From NCBI RefSeq assembly GCF_009914755.1, contig NC_060925.1: a DNA stretch of 64,000 nucleotides; one strand, 5' to 3'. Position 1 is the first letter of the stretch, and each line of letters starts with the position of its first letter. The notes below the pieces were generated by a model. The model was given only the letters and a program-made list of their open reading frames with translations, searched no databases and was not told the DNA's origin. Both the position numbers and the translations under genes were made by a program. This DNA is from the human T2T-CHM13v2.0 reference genome, Homo sapiens. Below, in pieces: positions 1-14,885 of the stretch.

Positions 1-77
1 ATATTCCTCCCACTTTCCACCCTCCCATGCACAAATTCACCAACTCTCTAGTTCATGTTTTAAAAAAGTGACATTGC

Positions 78-83
78 TTTATT
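78..83 (-). terminator. S100A11: S100A11 polyadenylation signal AATAAA
   Basis: tttatt on the plus strand, ~125 nt after the stop codon. Confidence 0.85.
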
Positions 84-207
84 ACTATTGGCAGGTGGGG
101 CCTGCATGAGGTGGTTAGTGTGCTCAGGGGATGGGTGGGCTGTGGAGATGATGACAGAAAGGCTGGAAGGAAAGGGGGTGGGTTTGAAGGCCAGGGCCAA
201 GGGGTCC

Positions 208-369
208 TCAGGTCCGCTTCTGGGAAGGGACAGCCTTGAGGAAGGAGTCATGGCAAGCCATAGCTAGGCCACCAATCAGATTAAGAAATTCTGAGAAATC
301 TAGCTGACCATCACTGTTGGTGTCCAGTTTCTTCATCATGCGGTCAAGGACACCAGGGTCCTTCTGGTT
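208..369 (-). CDS. S100A11: S100A11 exon 3 coding part (canonical EF-hand, C-terminus NQKDPGVLDRMMKKLDTNSDGQLDFSEFLNLIGGLAMACHDSFLKAVPSQKRT*)
   Basis: AG acceptor at 370-371, TGA at 208-210; 53 codons plus stop; matches the known S100A11 protein. Confidence 0.98.
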   Translation of the reverse strand, partial: NQKDPGVLDRMMKKLDTNSDGQLDFSEFLNLIGGLAMACHDSFLKAVPSQKRT

Positions 370-829
370 CTGCAGAGAAAATAATAATTACACCTTTTAT
401 CGCATCTTCTAATGTGCTTTCAAATATGCTGCCACATTTTATTCTCACAGGAGTATAAGGTACAGGATAGGGATTATTAATATTCCCATTTGCCAGATGC
501 AGAAACAGACTAAAAGAGGTGAAGTGACCTGCCTAAGGGGCAGACCTGGGGCTTGAACCAAAGGTTTTCCCACTCCTAGTCCAGGGCTCTTTCTATGATA
601 TTAGGGGCTATTCAGTTTTGTAAAGCCAGTGGAACACTTCTTTCAAGTGTTGCATGCAACTCCAATAGATAAACTATATAAAAGTACAGCGGGTTCAGGT
701 GGAAAAAGGCCACAGGCCCTGCCTAATCAGTCTCATCCTCCACTTGCCCAAGCTGCCAACACAGATACAGACTTAGAGCCACTGGTTACAAATGGCTATT
801 TACATTTACATTTACATTAACTAATTTAG

Positions 830-965
830 AAAGTCAGTCTGTTAGTCACACTAGCCACATTTCAAGCACTCAGCAGACACATGTGGCTGGTGGCTACCAT
901 GTTGGATAGAGCAGATATAGAATGTATTTCCACCACTGCAGAAAGTTCTACTGGACAGGGCTGCC
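830..965. mobile_element. hAT-Charlie MITE relic (MER3/MER33-like)
   Basis: ctagccacatttcaag...cacatgtggctggtggctacc signature. Confidence 0.6.
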
Positions 966-1192
966 ATAGAACCTCTGGGGTAGAATAATGAAATTTGAAA
1001 ATAATTCCATTACGTCATATACCATTTCATATATCTCTCTTCCTAAATGGAAAAACTCCTGGCTTAGAGTGAGTTAAAATGAAGCAAGAGTGTGGGGTGT
1101 CAGTTGCTGCTCCTTCATTCCTGGCCATTCTGCCAGGGTCTTGTTTCATGTTGTGGGTAGTTTGGGGAAGTGGGGGAGACAGGGACCAGTAC

Positions 1193-1345
1193 CTTTGTGA
1201 AGGCAGCTAGTTCTGTATTCATGAAGCTTAGGAACTCTGTCTTGGAGAGAGTGTAGTTATAACCATCCTTTCCAGCATACTTCTGGAAGACAGCAATCAG
1301 GGACTCGATGCACCGCTCAGTCTCTGTAGGGCTGGAGATTTTTGC
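1193..1345 (-). CDS. S100A11: S100A11 exon 2 (pseudo-EF-hand, AKISSPTETERCIESLIAVFQKYAGKDGYNYTLSKTEFLSFMNTELAAFTK)
   Basis: Lies within ORF 1115-1378; AG at 1346-1347, GT at 1191-1192; 153 nt, phase 0. Confidence 0.98.
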
Positions 1346-3879
1346 CTTTGGAGAAAAAAAATTGCAGGGCTCAGACAAGGGAAGATGTCAAGGCTGGATA
1401 CTGGAGAAAACTCCAGGGACTCTTATTTCAGGTCAAAGCAGTTTCCTAAAAGACTGAGTCATTTTTTCAAGGGGCTGAGGGGTTCAAGACAACCACAAAA
1501 AGTCACACTCTGTGACCTTCCGTCCTACCCCTCGCCACATGTTTATTCCAGGTGAAATATATGGAAGGTAAATGTGGAGCATTGCTGGCACGTTTAAAAG
1601 CAGTAGACTGCCTAGATGAGAGTGACGGTGACAAGGTTTACTCATATTTTTAAAATGTGTGGATAAATACATGTGTAACTCTATATCCACAAATCCATAT
1701 GCACACCAAACATTGTCTATAGGTTAATAATTTCTTATTTTCCAAGAGTGTATGGAGGCTTTTGTGATTAATGAAATGTCAGTTCTTTTTAAAGCAATAC
1801 CGAATTCCTGGGACTCACACATTTCCTTAGAGAAAACTAAAAGCATAGCTATCATTGTGTATGCAGTGGGAGATAGAACTTTTTAGATGTTTGAAAATGG
1901 CTTTCATATTTAAGAGTTAGGAACCATTAATCTTAGATGTGAGGAAACGGACAGGAGAAGGGAATGGATATGGCAGAGCCAGCCCTGGAATCTGGGCCTC
2001 CCAGTCCCTTTCTGCAGTCCTTAGCCTTGCAGGCTTCCACTTCCTGGTGGGAAATAGTGACAGAGAAGGTGGAGCTTCTCTGGAGGTCACTCCAAACCAG
2101 GAAGCTCTCAGGTTGCTGCTTACACAGCATCTACAATGTAAGAGATTTAAATCCTGTACTGGGCTCTTTCCTCACAGCAGAATTTTTCAAGGAAATTCTA
2201 TAGGGCCCAGTCATCCGGTTCCCCAAGGGGACTTAGGGTCCCAAAAGTGAGGAGCTGTTGGCCTCCCTCTGGTGGGTAGAAGCCGCAATTACAGACTTTC
2301 TGGGAAACCGGCCTGGCCACACCCTTCCTCTGAGACTTTACCTACTAGCGTTAACAATGATTTATGTTTGGATGGTGACATTTGCAACTTAGCATTTAGC
2401 CTTTCGTTTGTTCTTAGGATGGACTTCCTGGAGGCCAGAGCTAGAGGCTTTCTCACTCCGTAATTAACACGTGCTAAGAACTGATCTGAGCCCTTAGCTA
2501 CACAGCTGCAGATTGATTCCTCCTTCCTGTACAGCCTTTATGCTGCAGAGATCCTAGCTGAGTCTTGCCTCCCATTGCATCTTACAGCGTTAGAACCCCT
2601 GAACCCTAAGAGAGGTGGACTTTTTCCCAAGAATCACATTGTTGGAGGATGATTGTTTTTGTTTTGCTCTAAATTGAACTTTTCATTAAGAAAAGTGTTG
2701 GTAGGTTCAGGGGCCTTTAGGGGAGAAACAAAATACCACAGCCTAGAAACAGATGTGTTTGTTCTGTTACAACATGCCCTTCATATCAGGCCTAAAATCT
2801 CCCTGTCTTACTAAGGTATCAGATGACAGGAAGGAGACTGGCTGGGAGGCCACACCAGGCTGAGGAGCATGGGCTTTGTCACCTTTCTCTGGAACTACAG
2901 ATTCTCCCCCTGCCCCTTTTCCTTCCAGAATGCAGACAGTTTTGCTTTTCCAGTTTCACAGTGCCTTTCTGCTTCACATTTTTCTCTCCTTAACATCAGT
3001 CTTGGTGTAATTTAGAGATTATTTTCTTTTGAAAACTGTTGCTGTTGCTATCAGCCACAAGGAGAAAATTAAAACCTCTTTGCATTTCCTCCCAGAGGTA
3101 ATTCTCCAAAGTGAAAGAAAGAGACACAATTATCAAATTACTAAAATGGAACGGCATAATTTGTAGAGCTCCAGGGCACTTTGGAGATGGGTCCTGAGGA
3201 CGCCCAGAAACCGGAAAGCTCTGCCCAGGGTGGCGCAGTGGCTGAAGGAGAGGAGAACCGGCGCTCTCCACACCTCATGGCACTCTTGGAGTCTTACTTG
3301 GTGGGGATGGCGATAGCAAGGAGCAAACATTATGATAAACGGATACTGTGAAATAATTTTTAAAAATGCATGCTAAGCGCTCAACATTTGAGGAAAGAAA
3401 AAAATACGATGAAAAAGACGTAGCAATTTTAAAAACCTCAACTATTGTCTTCTCATTCTTAACCAACACCCTCCGGAGCTTTCTGTCCCTGCTGTAGCAG
3501 GACTGCAACCCCAGACAGTATGGAAGGGAATGGGCGTGGCTCTGTTCCAATACTTCATTTATGGACGCTGAAGTTTGATTTCCACATAATTTTCACATGT
3601 CAGAAAGTATTTTTCTTCTTTTGATTTCTTTCAATCATTTACAAATGTAAACTTTATTCTTAGCTTGTGGGCAGAACAGAAAACCCGACTTGGCCCGCGG
3701 GCCAGTTTGCTGACTCTCCACTAAGGAGAGGTAAAGAAAGAGATTTTGGAGGTGGAATTATGGAAAATATGAGTTCAACTGGGAGATGAAAGGAGATAAG
3801 AAGAGAAAAATAAGTTACGGAGTGAGTGCCTAAATAGATGGTGGGGTAAAAGGAAGAGGAAGGAGGAGAGGGCTCAGCT

Positions 3880-4680
3880 GGGACCGGGTTCCTCCCACAT
3901 TCTTGGCCGCGGCGCTGCGGGCGGCGACGGGCTAAAGTTTCAGTCCCGTTGGGTCTTGGCCGTCTGCCGGGTGCTTACTGAAACTTTGATTTTCCCTGGG
4001 GCTAGACGACCAAGTTCTAAAATGTCCCTTTTCTGGTGTACAGAAATAACTAGTGACCCCTCGCAGCTTTCCAGCCCCCTGCCTTAAACTTGCTCCTAGG
4101 CGTCTCTGGGCTCCCGGGAGACCGCGGGCGAGGGGCTGGAGGCAGTGACCCACGACGGGTCCCCCCCCCGCGCGGTGAGCGGCCAGCACTTCCTCTTCCC
4201 CAGCCCTGGGCCTTGTCGTGACTGGGAAGGCTAAAGAACCTCCGCTGCTACCCTAGGCGGCCACCCCAAGGATGATTTTAGGGCTTCATCCTTCCATCCC
4301 TTCTTCCCCAGTTCCCTCCCACGAGGCTGATTTTTCCTGCTGTTTCCTGCCACGTCCACACATAAGTCAAAGATAAAGTCTGCTGGGAAGTATGTGGGTT
4401 TTTTTTCTTTTCTTTTTCTTTTCATGTAAGAAGAAGAAGAAGAAAAGTGAGGCTTACCATGTTGGAGCTGAGCGAGGCGCGGGAGGCTGTGGCTGGGAGC
4501 GGCGCTGAGAGCTCTGTGCGCGCGGCGTGCGGGTCTGGAGCCTCTCCTCAACCCACGCCCTTCCCGGCCCAGCCTTGCCCAAGCCTTACTCAGACAGCCT
4601 CCGCGCCTGCCCCGCCCCTCCCCGCCTCCCGGGCTGGGCCTGGGACCGCGGCCGGCGCTAACCACAGAACTGAGCTTTAA
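3880..4680 (-). promoter_or_regulatory. S100A11: S100A11 CpG-island promoter / exon 1 with GC box
   Basis: Dense CpG; GGGGCGGGG at 4610-4618; AP-1-like TGAGTAA at 4586-4592; no canonical TATA. Confidence 0.85.
4458..4460 (-). CDS. S100A11: S100A11 exon 1 coding part (ATG only)
   Basis: CCAACATG immediately followed by a GTAAG donor (4453-4457); 1+51+53 codons = 105 aa. Confidence 0.95.
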
Positions 4681-4940
4681 GACTCAAATAAACCCACCGT
4701 CCTCTCCAGCGATTTAAGCAGTCTCACTCTCCCTCCTTTCCCTCTTTTCCCTCCTCTTTCCCCCCGGCCCCCTCCACCCCGTCCTGTGATTCCTGAAGAT
4801 TTTTGACTTTTTAGAATTATAAGTTTTGCACAGTAGTCTTCGGGAAGTCTGTCCATGTCCGTGGGTCTTTCCCATGTATGAGCTCATTCTGGGCATTTAG
4901 GTTAGATAGGCAAAAAAGGTCTCTTTTGGAAACAGCAGTG

Positions 4941-5600
<660 letters not shown>

Positions 5601-6611
5601 CTAGGAGTTGGGGCTCTCTATTGCTCCACAGGGAAGATATTTAACAGTAAACAGTGGTGAGTATTGCCAAATCAATTGCCACGGGATTACTGGGGATTAT
5701 TGTCAAGGGACAATTGCCACCCCTCTCTCTCAAACTTTTCTGTAAACTGAGGACAGCCACAAAGACAAAATCCGAAAACCAAACTACTGCACTTAAAAAT
5801 TGATCCGTGCTAGTAAGGCATTTATCTGTGTGCAGTTTGCAATGAAATTAGGAGTTGTATTAAGAATCAGAAGACTTGGGTTCCAGTCTTGTGTCTGTTA
5901 CTTCATTGCAATACTTTTGACCAGACTTGTCACTCCTTTGAGCTTCCACTTCCTTATTTGTAATAGGTCTTGAGATAGGCCTTTCCTGTTTCATAAGATT
6001 GTTAGGACTGTCAAGTAAAGTGAGGGCTTAGAAAGGTCTCCAAAAACTGCAGAGTAGACGCAAATGAAAGATAATGGGCTATAGGCATTGTGTGAACTGC
6101 TTCCCTGCACCTGCTCTCACAGGTGCCCTGAGCACGTGAGACAAATCTCCATCTCAGTTCTCAGCTACTCCAGACCCACATTTTCAGTTACTTGTTTATG
6201 AATCCACTTGAGAGTCCCACCTGCACTTCAGACTCAATAATTCAGGAATAACTAGTTTTCCCCAAACCTGTTTCTGTCTTCTCTGCTAAGGGTACTATCA
6301 CTCTACCATTTTCCCTGCTTGAAAGCATTGGAGCCACTGAGTCTAAATGCCTTTTTGACTCACAGTTCTTATCAAGTGCCAGGTAATAGACTTCAAACCT
6401 TTGGTGGTGGGGGGTGTTACATGAACGGCTGCTGGGGTTCCTTAATACCTTAAAGTTACATGTAAATTTTTTGCATAAGAGAAATTTTTCTGGCGAAGAG
6501 TCCACATCTTTCATCTGATTCTCAGAAAAATTTATGATCCCAACATATTAAGGAATCATTTGTCTAAATTACTCCATAACTCAATCATGAGGCCTTACAC
6601 ACCACAGTTCT

Positions 6612-6917
6612 TTTCTTTTTTTTCTTTTTTGAGACGTTGTTTCACTCTTGTTGCCTAGGCGGCTGGAGTGCAACGGGGTGATCTCAGCTCACTGCAACCT
6701 CCGCCTCCCGGGTTAAAGCGATTCTCCTGCCTCAGCCTCCTGAGTAGCTGGAATTACAGGTGTGCGCCACCACACCCTGCTAATTTTTTGTGTATTTTTA
6801 GTAGAGATGGGGTTTCACCATGTTGGTTATGCTGGTCTGGAACTCCTGACCTCGTGATCTGCCCTCCTCAGCCTCCCAAAGTGCTGGGATTACAGGTGAG
6901 AGCCACTGCGCCCGGCC
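6612..6917 (-). mobile_element. Alu (S-type)
   Basis: Poly-T followed by antisense Alu consensus. Confidence 0.95.
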
Positions 6918-7899
6918 ACTATAGTTCTTTTTAAGAGAAAATGCCTCACTTAGAACCTGTGCTCAAGGGGCAGCCCAGGTGGCCAAGTTTTGCATGATTT
7001 GACACACTGTGACCCTGTTAGAGTGGACTGGGTTGAAGTTAGTCTGGACACCAGCACTGCCAATCTATAGGATGGCTGGTAGTGGATGTTTCATGACATA
7101 ACATGGAAAGATGAACTAGGGCCAAAAAGCTTCTTGTTTTTGGGAAACTGAAATTAGAAGCACATAGAAAATTAGGCATTTAGAAGAGCTGAAGCTGAAC
7201 ATTTGCATAGACAGAACCATGAAGTCATGGCAAATAAAACTTATGGAGAAGACATCATGAGTAAGTGGAAGCTATGAAATTTGGAAGAAATAGACAGAGG
7301 GGAATGTAAGCCAATTGCTAACTGTAAATTAAAGAAAAGGCTACTTGGGTGTTCGCTGAATTGTGAAAATGGTGAACCACTGGGAGTGAAGAGCCTGCAG
7401 TCTGACTTCATTAGCGTTTTTGTTCTTCCTAAACCTAGTTGTTAGTTTTTCTTACTTTCTCTATGACATTTATTCTTTCAATAACTCTTCAGCCCCATGA
7501 AGTAGCTTGAATGAAACCAAAGGAAAAAGCTAAACCAAATAAGTATGACTTGTTCAGAGCCAGGTTGGGGGATCAGCCCCACCCAGTTAGGGCTGCCTGC
7601 TTGACAGCTGCTCCCCAGGGTCACGCTGAAAGGGGTTCATTTCTAGGTTATCAGTCAAAGGAGGGAGAGTTCAGGAAAGGTAGCAGGCAAGGTAGATTTG
7701 TCAAAGCAGGCAAACAATGAATCAAACTGAAGGGCTGGAGCCAGCAAGGAGCTGAGGATGAGTGAGAGCTGGTAAACTGACAGCAAGAGACAAAAATAAT
7801 ATACAGATGGGTAAAAGGGCTTATCAGGAAATAAATGTAGGAACTTCCATGGCTCAAGGTAATTCTTATGTGCAGTCTGATCTCTGTGTAGCATTGGGT

Positions 7900-9800
7900 T
7901 GATTCTGAAATGGACACAGTACAGTGACAAATGCAATAACAGGGGTGTGACCAAGACACAATGACAAATGCCAGGAAAGAAATGAGAGGTTAACTCTGGG
8001 AGAGGAGGGAAAGTATCCTGGAAAAGTGCTGCTTGAGGTGGGTATTGAAATATAAATAAGAATTCACCAGGTGGATGAACATGGTAGTGAAAAAAGGTGA
8101 ACTCAGGCAAGATAGCACAGTATTTACAGCCACAGGCTCTGCCACAAGACTGGGGTTCAAATCCCAGTGTCACAACGTATTAGCTATATGAAATCTAGCA
8201 AGTTATTTGTTGGCTCTGTGTCTCAGTTTCCTCATCTGTAAAGTGGAGAGAATAGTAGTTGTTGTGAGGATTAAGAGTTAATTCATGTTTAATGCTTAGG
8301 ACTTACAGCAGTGTCTTCAGAGGAAGTTTTACATAGTGGCTTGTGCAGAATTAAGGTTCGGGATGAAACATTGTTCGTGTTCTCAGTACTTGCAGGTGGT
8401 TCAGTAGAACCAGACTTAGGGTATGGGGTGATGGTAAATGTGAGGCAGAAGCTGTGGGATGTGAGATGGGAGAGACAAGGGTCAGCTCATTAGGAGATAT
8501 ACTTGGAAGTTTGGATTGTAACCTTAGGGTTATGTATCAAGGAACATTGAAGATTTTTAAGCAGGACAGTGACGTGATCCCCTTCACTTTTGGAACTGTA
8601 GAAAACATGTTCTAGAAAGAAGAAAGACTAGAGGCAAAGAATATTAGAATATTGTTGCAATAACCAGGGTGAGATGGCCATGGAGATGGGGAGAGGGAAT
8701 TACCAAATACTGAGAAGGCAAAACCAACCTAACTTCACCACTGTTCAGCTGTGGAGCATTAGAGGAAGGAGGCATCAAGCGTGAATCCTAGGACTCTAGC
8801 TTGATAGCCCTGTGGTACCAGTACCATCCCCAAGATAGAGAACATAAACTGAATAACATTTTCGGGGGCTTAAGGGAAGATGATGGTTCGATTCGATATT
8901 GATCAAATTGAGTCTGAGGTAAGTGGGACAATTTGATGCTGGAGGAATTAAGCATGTCCAGTATCTATCTTATGTTCTCTCATAGCTCCTTGTATCATAA
9001 TCCCATCATACTCTACTGTCATTTTATGTTTACTTAATCATCTTCCTCACTGGATTCCAAGATGCTTGAGGGCAGAGATGGTGCACTGTTCACTCCAGTA
9101 TTTCCAACATTCACTCATTCATTCAGCAGATATATAAGAAGAATCTTCATGTGTGCAGAGCTATCTAAGCATGGAGGCTGTAGTGGTTAACAAGACAGAT
9201 GAAGTCTCTGTTCAGATGCTGCTCGACCAGCTCAACTTAGGTGAATAAACAATATTTATAGAGCAAGTGGAGGAAGATGATCCAACATAGAAGAAAGAAG
9301 AGAGATGATCAGGGAAGCAGGAGGAGGCTTCTCTGGTGTCATCAAAGCTCATGAAGAGAGACTTCCAAGATACAGGGAGTGGTCAACAAGGTGAAAGACT
9401 TCAGCGAGGCAGAGTATGGTGGAGGCTGAGATGTGTCCACCTGATTGGCAATCATATCCTTGGATACCTTTGCCAGAGCAGTTTTAGTGTGGTGGTAGGA
9501 AGAAACACAGATGGCAGTGGACTGAGGAAGAGAGATGAAGAGTAGAGATGGGGTTATGGATTACTCATTTGATCAAATTGAATATGAAGAAAAGGAGAAA
9601 GTGGCAGCCAGAGGGGATCTAGGATTAAGGGTATATTTAAAAATATACAGTTTTACAAGCTGTGGAGAAGGAGTTATCAGAATGAGAAGTCAAAGATTCC
9701 AGGTTGAAAGAATGTGAACAATGAAACAAGACCCCAGAGGAGCCGTGGGTGACTGGAATTACTTCAGAGAGGTGGAGAAGGAGAAGAGTGGGAGGGAGGC
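7900..9800. mobile_element. Degraded L2/MIR fragments
   Basis: MIR core tctcagtttcctcatctgtaaa at ~8220; L2 3' end cattcactcattcattcagc at ~9110; purine-rich L2-like body. Boundaries approximate. Confidence 0.55.
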
Positions 9801-10498
9801 TGTAGATAGCTTGTAGGTTTGGGCTGTACAGGGTTATCCTTTCCCATGGCCTTTTTGATGCTATGAGGCAGGAAGTAAGGCATCTGTGAGCATAGGCATT
9901 GGGTAGGGGGCACAGAGGGCATAGGCATTGGGTAGGGGACTTGAGGAGGTCCTGTGGTCTCAGAGGAAATGGAAAGAGGAGCTGAACCAGAATGGCTGAG
10001 TGGTGTGAAAGTTTAGGGACCTATCATTTTGTGGTGACTTCAATCCACATGGTTGTGTGATTGTGTGGCTGTATGGCTTCTTCCAGGTGTGCTTCGAAGT
10101 TTAGTCATCAGATCCAAGAGAACGGGCTGTGGAATGAATTTAGGGTTAGGTGTGTGTGTATGGGTGTAAACAAAGGATAAAGGGGTGAAGGAGTTGAGGG
10201 CATGGGTGAGAAAGGAATTCACTTGATTGGCACTGCATGCTGGACAAAGAAGGAAGGAGCAAGGACACAGAAGGTGGATGGTGGGAAGGCTCCACAAAAT
10301 CAAGGAGCAAGGTAAGTGGAAAAGAGGGATGGAGAGAGCTGGCATGTAAGAAGTTATTGGTATAGTCTAATTTTTCAGTGAGTTTAACATGTTGTAGGCA
10401 GAGCCTTTATAAATGATGACAAAATCTAAGCATGATGAGTGCTAAACTGATTCCAGTTTAAGTGGAGTGGACATGAAGGAGGTTAACAAGCTGTGAGG

Positions 10499-10797
10499 GG
10501 CTGGGTGCGCTGGCTCATGCCTGTAATCCCTGCACTTTGGGAGGCCGAGGTGGACAGATCGCTTGAGCCCAGTAGTTCAAGACCAGTCTGGGCAACGTGG
10601 CGAGACCTCTTCTCTACAAAAATTAAAAAAATTAGTCAGATGTGGTGGAGTGTGCCTGCAGTCCCAGCTCCTCAGGAGGCTGAGGTGGGAGGATTACTTG
10701 AGCAGTGGAGGTCGAGGCTGCAGAGAGCTTTGATTGTGCCACTGTACCCGGGCAACAGAGGGAAACCCTGTCTGGAAAAACAAAACAAAATAAAAAC
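10499..10797 (+). mobile_element. Alu (J-type)
   Basis: Diverged dimeric Alu with A-rich tail. Confidence 0.9.
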
Positions 10798-10935
10798 TTA
10801 TGACTTAATATTAAATAACTTGTTGCTTCAAGAATTGTTTGGCTCTTTGTATTGTTTTTCTTTTTCTGGACAGAGGGGGAATCTCAAGATATTTCCAAGG
10901 GTATTATATGCATATTCACTTATATATTCATTTTT

Positions 10936-10974
10936 TTTTTGAGACGGAGTCTCGCTCTGTTGCCCAGGCTGGAG
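10936..10974 (-). mobile_element. Severely 5'-truncated Alu with 15-bp TSD
   Basis: tatatattcattttt at 10921-10935 and 10975-10989 flanks ~35 nt of Alu 3' end. Confidence 0.85.
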
Positions 10975-13499
10975 TATATATTCATTTTTATTCAACAAGT
11001 ATTTGTTAAGTACCACATCCTGGTCTGAAGATATGAAGATTTCAAAAAGTCATGATTCTTGCCTTTAAGGATTCCCAGATCTAATTTGATGAACAAAACA
11101 GGGATGGGATGGGATCCTTCCAGAAACTGCTTGAGCCCTCTGCACCAGGAGGTGTGCACCTGGTCTCTAGGGTGAGCCTATTTCTATTTAGGTCCTGGGA
11201 TAGAAGGTTTACCCCTTGGAGAACGGTAAGGGGAGATACTTAGGTTTCTCTTACAACCTACAGCTGCTGCCTGGAGCACTGAGGCCACATTTGTAAGATT
11301 AAGAAATAACCCCAGAGTCCCTGAGGCCACACTAGCGTAAATGGAAATGCTGGACAAGGAATCTAAAGGCCTGAGTTTGAGTTCCAGTTTTCTCCCCTAG
11401 TAGATAAGCTGTTTTCTAATGGCCTCAGTTTTCTCAGGTGTAAGACGGGGAGAATTAAGGAAATAATGAATATAAAAGGGCTCTTTCAATGGTGTAGTGT
11501 TATACAAATGTTAATTACTACTCGCAGTATTGCCGTGTGGATTAAAAGAAAGGGTGCCTTGTAAATTGCACTTTGCAAATGTGGAGGGTCATTATTGTTA
11601 TCCCTTCAAGCGCCTCTCACTTCCTGTTGCCTCTGCTCTAATTCCTGGCCCTCAGCTCTCTCAGGTGTTCTGTGGGATGGCATCTTGGAGCAGCCGAGTC
11701 CCTGTGATTGCTGATGGGAGTTAACTGTTTGCTTTCTGCCATTGTCAGCACACATTTACATTTCTCTTCATTTTCTTCTAGACATCTTTCATGCTGATGG
11801 TTGGAAGTCATTAAAGTATTCCCTTATAGTTTTTTTAGGTCTTCACTGTAGTTAGGGAGACCTGAGAAATTTTCTCTTTCACAATGACCCACAGCAAATT
11901 GTCACATATATGCTAAATTTCTACTCTGAGGAAGCCACACCATGTCAGATCCATGTTCAATCCATTGTGATCTGAATGTGTCATCAAAATATTCTCAGTG
12001 GATCTGTATTGCTTAATTTTTTTGTCCAAATTCTTCATCTTGGAATTCAAACTCCTTCGTGGCCTAATTCCAGCTATTTTTTCATTATTTCCTTTCATTC
12101 ACTGTGAACTCTAGTGAAGTGGAACTTTTCACTGTTTCCTGTAGGCAGGGTTGATTTTTTTAGCCGGTTCTCACTAGTAAGAACTGGTGCCACACGCTGG
12201 TTGTTAAAATATTGAAATTCTTCTCTATCACTTGCTAAATAGCCTCTTGCTTAAACCCCTGAGTGCCACCCACCTGAAGCTCCAGCCACTCCAGTCCCTC
12301 TCCTGGTCCACCCAATTCCCATAACCAGGTAACATAAGGGTTAATGCATGGCTTGACAGAGGGTCTCTAGGACTTTCTTCAGCCTTGCAGACTGGTAACT
12401 GTTCTAATTGGCCAGTGCTGGGTCACATTTTGAATATCTTCCAGCCTTTAGGAATCTCACAGTTTCCCATATATTGGTTTTTGTTCTTGTGATTCCTTCC
12501 TTCCATCTGGAATGTTCTCCCCATCTTCTTATATCCAAATTCTAGCTCTATGAAGACTCAACTCAAAAAGCATCTTCTCGTGGGGCTTTCAGTCATCTCT
12601 TCCAACTAAAAACATCTGTCTCTTCATTGATATCCTTCATTGATACATAGCACTGTATCTGTACTTTTCTTTTGATGTGTAATACAGTGAATCTTGAATT
12701 ATAGCCTTTTTTTTTTTTTTCTGTTAGGCTGTCAGCTCATTAACGACAGGCTCCAGCATCTCCATCCTACCTTTTGTTAGTGGCACCACCCACCTTCTAG
12801 AGGGCATTTAACGACCTTCTTCTTATTCATACTTTGGGTGTAGGGCAAGGACATGATGGGTTAGTACCAGGCATGAGGACTTTCATGTGACAAATGAAGA
12901 ATTCAAAGGTTCTTGTGGTCTTTTTAGATGGTTTATCATTTTTGTGCGATAAGACTTCCTCTAGTTTCACCTTTCCCTGGCTCCCATACCTCACCTCCTG
13001 CTCTTGGAAGGCCTGAGGATGGGCAGGTTAGCTCAGCAATGTTAAGAATGTTAGGAAGAAACTGGGTAAGTTAAGGAGATTTTGGATGAAAGGGATAGAA
13101 ACTTGACTCAAATAGGGTTCAGTATTCATAAAATTATTATTTATTTTCTCCATAAAAGTAGGTCCCAGGACAGAGCAGTCTCCAGGGCTGATTGATTCAG
13201 CATCTTAGTGATGTCATCAGGGACAAGGCTCTTCAGTCTTTTTATCCCGTGATCCACATTTCCCTTGTAATCATAGGATGGCCACCAGAAGCAGGTGGCA
13301 CATAAGGAGCATGTATTTCCTTGTTCAAGTGGGAGAAACTTCTTTTTCTCAAAAACCCTGAGCAAGCTTCTCTTGAGTCTCACTGCCCAAAACTGTTCAG
13401 TCCTGCCTAGCCCTGAACCAATTGTTGGCCAAAGGGATGAAATTACCTTAATTAGCTAAGATGAATTGTTTGGGGTGGGAGCTTGGTAGATTGTATTTT

Positions 13500-14105
13500 C
13501 CCCAAATGGGCAAAACAATATCTGCCTCCCACACGCTCTTACAAAGTGACCTTCACACTCTTTCTATCAAAAGGTAGGTTCTATATTTTTCCCCCTTGAA
13601 CCTAGGTAGGCTTGTGACTGTTTCAGAAATAATGCTACATGATTTCTCAGACTTGATGTTAAAAGGTGAGATGATGTCTCCCTGGTTCTCCCTTGGGACA
13701 CTCACTCATGGAAGCCATCCACCATGCTGTGAGGAAGCTCAAGTAGAAGAGAATCAAGAGCCAGCACCAAAGTGACAGCCACATGAGTGAGCTATCTTGG
13801 AAGTGGATCCTCCAGCCTCAGGGGAGCTAGTCCAGCTGATGCCATGTGATGCCAGGTATAGCATTTTTAATCTTTTATACCATATTTTTACTGTACCTTT
13901 CTATGTTTAGATACACAAATACCTACCATTGTGTTATAATTGCCTACAGTATTCAGTACAGTCACATGCTGCACAGCTTTGGAGCCTAGGAGCCACAGAC
14001 TATACTATATAGCCTGGGCGTGTAGTAGGCTATACTATTTAGGTTTCTATGATGTTTCCACAATGACAAAATTTCTCAGAAAGTGTCTCTGTTGTTAAAA
14101 GACTG
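13500..14105. mobile_element. MaLR (MLT-like) LTR relic followed by a Tigger-type DNA transposon fragment (~13855-14105)
   Basis: gccatccaccatgctgtgaggaagc (MLT-like); cctacagtattcagtacagtcacatgctg (Tigger3/MER7-like). Confidence 0.6.
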
Positions 14106-14225
14106 TTGTTTTGTTTGAGTATGTACACAGTATGGAGTCACACTGTATACACTCATCTGCCACTTGCTTTGTTTTCACTTAGTGATCTGTATACCAGTGC
14201 ATATCTTTCTACTTTCTTCTTCTTC

Positions 14226-14885
<660 letters not shown>

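Noticed and set aside
1346-1378. In-frame upstream ORF extension of S100A11 exon 2 (MSEPCNFFSPK)
   Set aside because: Non-ATG start running through the polypyrimidine tract; intronic.
9890-9938. 20-bp direct repeat gcataggcattgggtagggg (similar 33-bp duplication at ~33198-33264)
   Set aside because: Simple local tandem duplications within old repeat-derived DNA; no further structure.
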